Assembly (NCBI RefSeq): GCF_046119375.1
Contig: NW_027362763.1
Span: 61,318,001-61,382,000 of the forward strand
Direction of reading: 5' to 3'
Source: Phyllobates terribilis
Lineage: Eukaryota
DNA: 64,000 nucleotides
Shown: in pieces, positions 60,850 through 64,000 of the stretch
Layout: every line of letters begins with the position of its first letter
Position numbering within the stretch: the stretch's first letter is position 1
Translations under genes and position numbers: made by a program
The notes under the pieces: model-generated
Seen by the model: the letters and a program-made list of their open reading frames with translations, nothing else
Database searches by the model: none
What the model was told of the DNA's origin: nothing

Positions 60850-61108
60850 AAGGTTATGTTTCTTGGAAGAATGGGAGGGAAAAAAAGCGCATAATAATTG
60901 GCTTGGGCGGAAAGGGGTTAATCAACGTTGCTTAAAAAAAAAATTCTCATTTTTCATTCATCGGTCACATCCAGAGCTGCATTTTAGAATTTTGCAGTTT
61001 GGAATCTTCTGACTTGGACCTTTACGAATCAGCTCCAGATGTGACTGGAGGAGAAGACAATCGTCTCGTTAACAGTATACGATCTCTTTCTCCTCTTCTT
61101 TTGTAAAG

Positions 61109-61283
61109 CTTCCATTGAAAAGAAAAACTTCTACAAGTCGCACAGCGCAATCCACGAGATGATGAAGTTGCGATTGTCACAGAACAGACTGAACCCCTAC
61201 ATCCCACGTCTGTGCAAGGCGTTGAATGCACAACTGGGGCAGCTGGGGCAGCAGGGCACCGCCGATCTCTACGACCTGGTAAG
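61109..61283 (+). CDS. CYP39A1: CYP39A1 exon 3 (missed by the ORF track)
   Basis: Long polypyrimidine tract ..cttcttttgtaaag|ASIEKKNFYKSHSAIHEMMKLRLSQNRLNPYIPRLCKALNAQLGQLGQQGTADLYDLVR|gtaaga; 175 nt, phase 1-2; the gene continues beyond the window. Confidence 0.92.
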
Positions 61284-62309
61284 GTAAGACCATTGGAATA
61301 TTGGTCACAAGCTCCAATCTTCTACAGTCTGATCTGTCAGAATCTAGAATTATGTAACCCATAAGGTAAAAGCTGTAAAAATACGATTTTTTTTTTTTTT
61401 TTTTAACTTTGATCCTCCCCCCAAAAATTAAATACAAAGTGATCAAAACTTCATATGTAACCTAAAATGTTAGCAATAAAAACTACACCCTGAGACGCAA
61501 AAAAACAAGCCCTGACAACGCGCCATCAAATGTGAAAATAAAAAAGTTTTAGAACTTGGAACCAGGTTTTTTTTTTTTTTTTTTTTTTTTACAAACTTCA
61601 GAAATTTTTTTTTTAACTTACTAAAATAATAAAAACCTGTACAAGTTTGGTATCGCCGTAATTGTACCGGACTGGAGAATCAGGTTGTCGAGTCATTTTT
61701 ACCATCCAATGAACACTATGAAAACAAAACCCCCGACCCCCAAAAAACAATAGGGGAACGAGGGTTTTTTTTTCACTATTTCACCACCATTTTCATTTAT
61801 GGTAAAGCGAGTGGTGTTGTTAAAAACTACAACTCGTCTTGCAAAAAAACAAAACCTCATATGGCTATGGGGACTGAAAAATAAAAAAGCTATGGTTCTT
61901 GGAAGAAGGGGAAAAAAATACAAAAGTATAAAAAAAATTGGTCACTTTATTAAAGGGTTAACACTGGAAATTTGGCACGAGAGTTTATTGTTAATATTTC
62001 CCTAAGCAAAGGTGTAACGATTGCGCTGAATGATTGCACACGCCGCCGGCAGCTGGCGTCTGTGTGCCCATAATGAGTGGCACATGGCAGTGACATCATG
62101 TGTCGCCCATGGCTGGCATGCTGAAGTCAGCTGCAGGCTGCAGAAGAAGACGCCGCATGTCATGAGAGCAGAAGAAGAAGAACCTTTTTTTTTCAATGTG
62201 TTAGAAAAGAGCAGCAAAAAGGACATTATGCCAGAAGCTGCCTAAAGGGTGCACGCATCTGGGGTAGTTGCACGCGTCTTCTTGTGCAAAGTGTCTTCGG
62301 CGATAAGTG

Positions 62310-64000
62310 GCAGTTATTTCAGAGGCAGTTAGTCAGGGCAGGAGTCAGGTAACTCAGACTTTGACTGCTTACTCTCTTTTAACTATGTTTTTGTTAGTTT
62401 CCACTCTTTCCCCTATAGTCCTCCACTTTGTACTAACCCCCTTAATTCCTACACCTAGTAATGAACTCTTCATCTCTCCCTCCATCCTCCCCATCTATCT
62501 CACCTCCCCCTCAGAACTAATCCTCAACATTCAGTCCTGTGTCTCCAAACACAGACAGCCACCTCATGCCCTCTCCTGCTCCCACTTCTACCTCCTATCC
62601 ACGATCTACCACAAACTCTCGCAACCTTTCTAACCTCATACCCATCCACCCAGTCCCCTCTTCCCCAGTTGCCCTAACAGGAGCTGTATTTAACGCTCGC
62701 TCTGTCTGCAACAAACTTTCCTACACTCATGATCTTTTCATTACTAACAAACTTTCCTTCTTCGCCACCACTGAAACTTGGCTCACCCCCTCTGACACGG
62801 CCTCTCCAGCCGCACTTTCTTGTGGCTTATTCCACCTTTCCCACACACCCCGCCCCAGCGGCAAACATGGTGGAGGTTTAGGTTTTCTCTTGTCAGATAC
62901 CTGCGCCTTCACCCAAATCCCACTACCGCCCTCCGTTACTCTCCCTTCTTCTGAGGTGCACTGTGTGCACTTCTACTCCCCCTCCAACTGGTTGTCATCT
63001 ACCGCCCCCGAGGGCCATGCACCACTTTCTTCGACCACTTCACCACCTGGCTGCTTCACTTCCTTTCCACTGACATCCCCACTATCATCATGGCCGACTT
63101 CAACATCTCCATTGACATTTCCCACTCATCTGTCTCTAAGCTCCTATCCTCACTTCCTCCTTCTGCCTAGCTCAATGGTCTGCTGCAGTCACTCTGTTCC
63201 TTATGTAACCTCTCTAACTCTCCTCTCCCTCTTTCTGACCATAACCTACTTACATTCTTTGCCCTCTCGTCTCCAGGTCCACATCCCCACTCCACAAACT
63301 TGCAGACCTTCGCAGAAATCTCAAAAGCGTTAACATACACTCTCTGAATCCCTGCTCCCTCGTACAGACATAAATTCCTTACACAATGCAGATGATGCTG
63401 ATACTTTATATAACGCCACAACAACTGCAGCTCTCGATTCATTCGCCCATCTCACACATACCAAAGCTCGCGCATTCAATAGGCAACCCTGGCTCACCAA
63501 CTGAACTAAAGAACTGCGACAGGCCTCCAGGGTTGCTGAGCGGAGATGGAAAAGGTCTCACTACAATGAACACTTCATCGCATTCAAACAATCCCTCACT
63601 ATTTTAAGTCCGCACTCACTGCAGCAAAATAAACATACTTATCATCTCTCATATTCTCCCTGTCCCTCCACCCCCAACAGCTATTCAACACTTTCAATTC
63701 TCTCCTCCGTCCCCCAGCGCCTCCTCCCTCTCCTCTCATCTCAGCTGAAGAGTTTGCCTCATTCTTCAAGCAGAAGATCGACAACATCAGACAAAGCTAT
63801 TGCCTAAAGTCCCCTCAACCCCTCCTCATATCTACTCAACCCTCCTCTTCCAAAACCAACTTCTCCACCATCACAGAAGATCAAGTTTCCTCTTTATTCT
63901 CCAAATCACACCTCAGCACCTGCGAATTTGACCCATCCCCTCCCATCTCATCCCTAACCTTACCAAAGTTTTCATCCCAACCCTAACCCACCTCTTCAAC
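62310..64000 (+). mobile_element. L2/CR1-clade LINE, 5' part, frameshifted
   Basis: APE endonuclease motifs NARSVCNK, TETWL, HGGGLGFLL, then IYRP and DFNI in shifted frames; PWL..ELRQASRVAERRW; LFNTFNSLLRP..FASFFKQKIDNIR; runs off the window. Confidence 0.9.

Overview
Vertebrate genomic DNA, almost certainly an anuran (frog); this is inferred from the repeat families and gene sequences. The window holds the conserved TDRD6 - SLC25A27 (UCP4) - CYP39A1 block. TDRD6 is complete on the minus strand (4 coding exons, about 1645 aa, six Tudor domains). SLC25A27 is complete on the minus strand (9 exons, 317 aa). CYP39A1 exons 1-3 are on the plus strand, head-to-head with SLC25A27 across a 306-bp bidirectional promoter. 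All exons were resolved by hand with GT/AG boundaries and consistent phases. SLC25A27 intron 7 carries a recent 7,035-bp Tf1/sushi-group Ty3/gypsy chromovirus (TG...CA LTRs, ATGTT TSD), nested in a palindromic Tc1 derivative. This retroelement has no tRNA PBS. Instead its PBS is complementary to the 10 nt lying 30 bp downstream of the LTR TATA box, a self-priming signature, and its 5' LTR has lost exactly that promoter/primer module. Other notable structure includes inverted minisatellite arrays bracketing SLC25A27 exon 6, an array of ZNF143-type motifs beside the bidirectional promoter, and a triplicated CCAAT/X-box-like hairpin unit upstream of TDRD6. The remainder is MITEs, Tc1 relics, minisatellites, a probable solo LTR, an L2-type LINE and four N-runs. 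No CRISPR, rRNA or tRNA genes were found.
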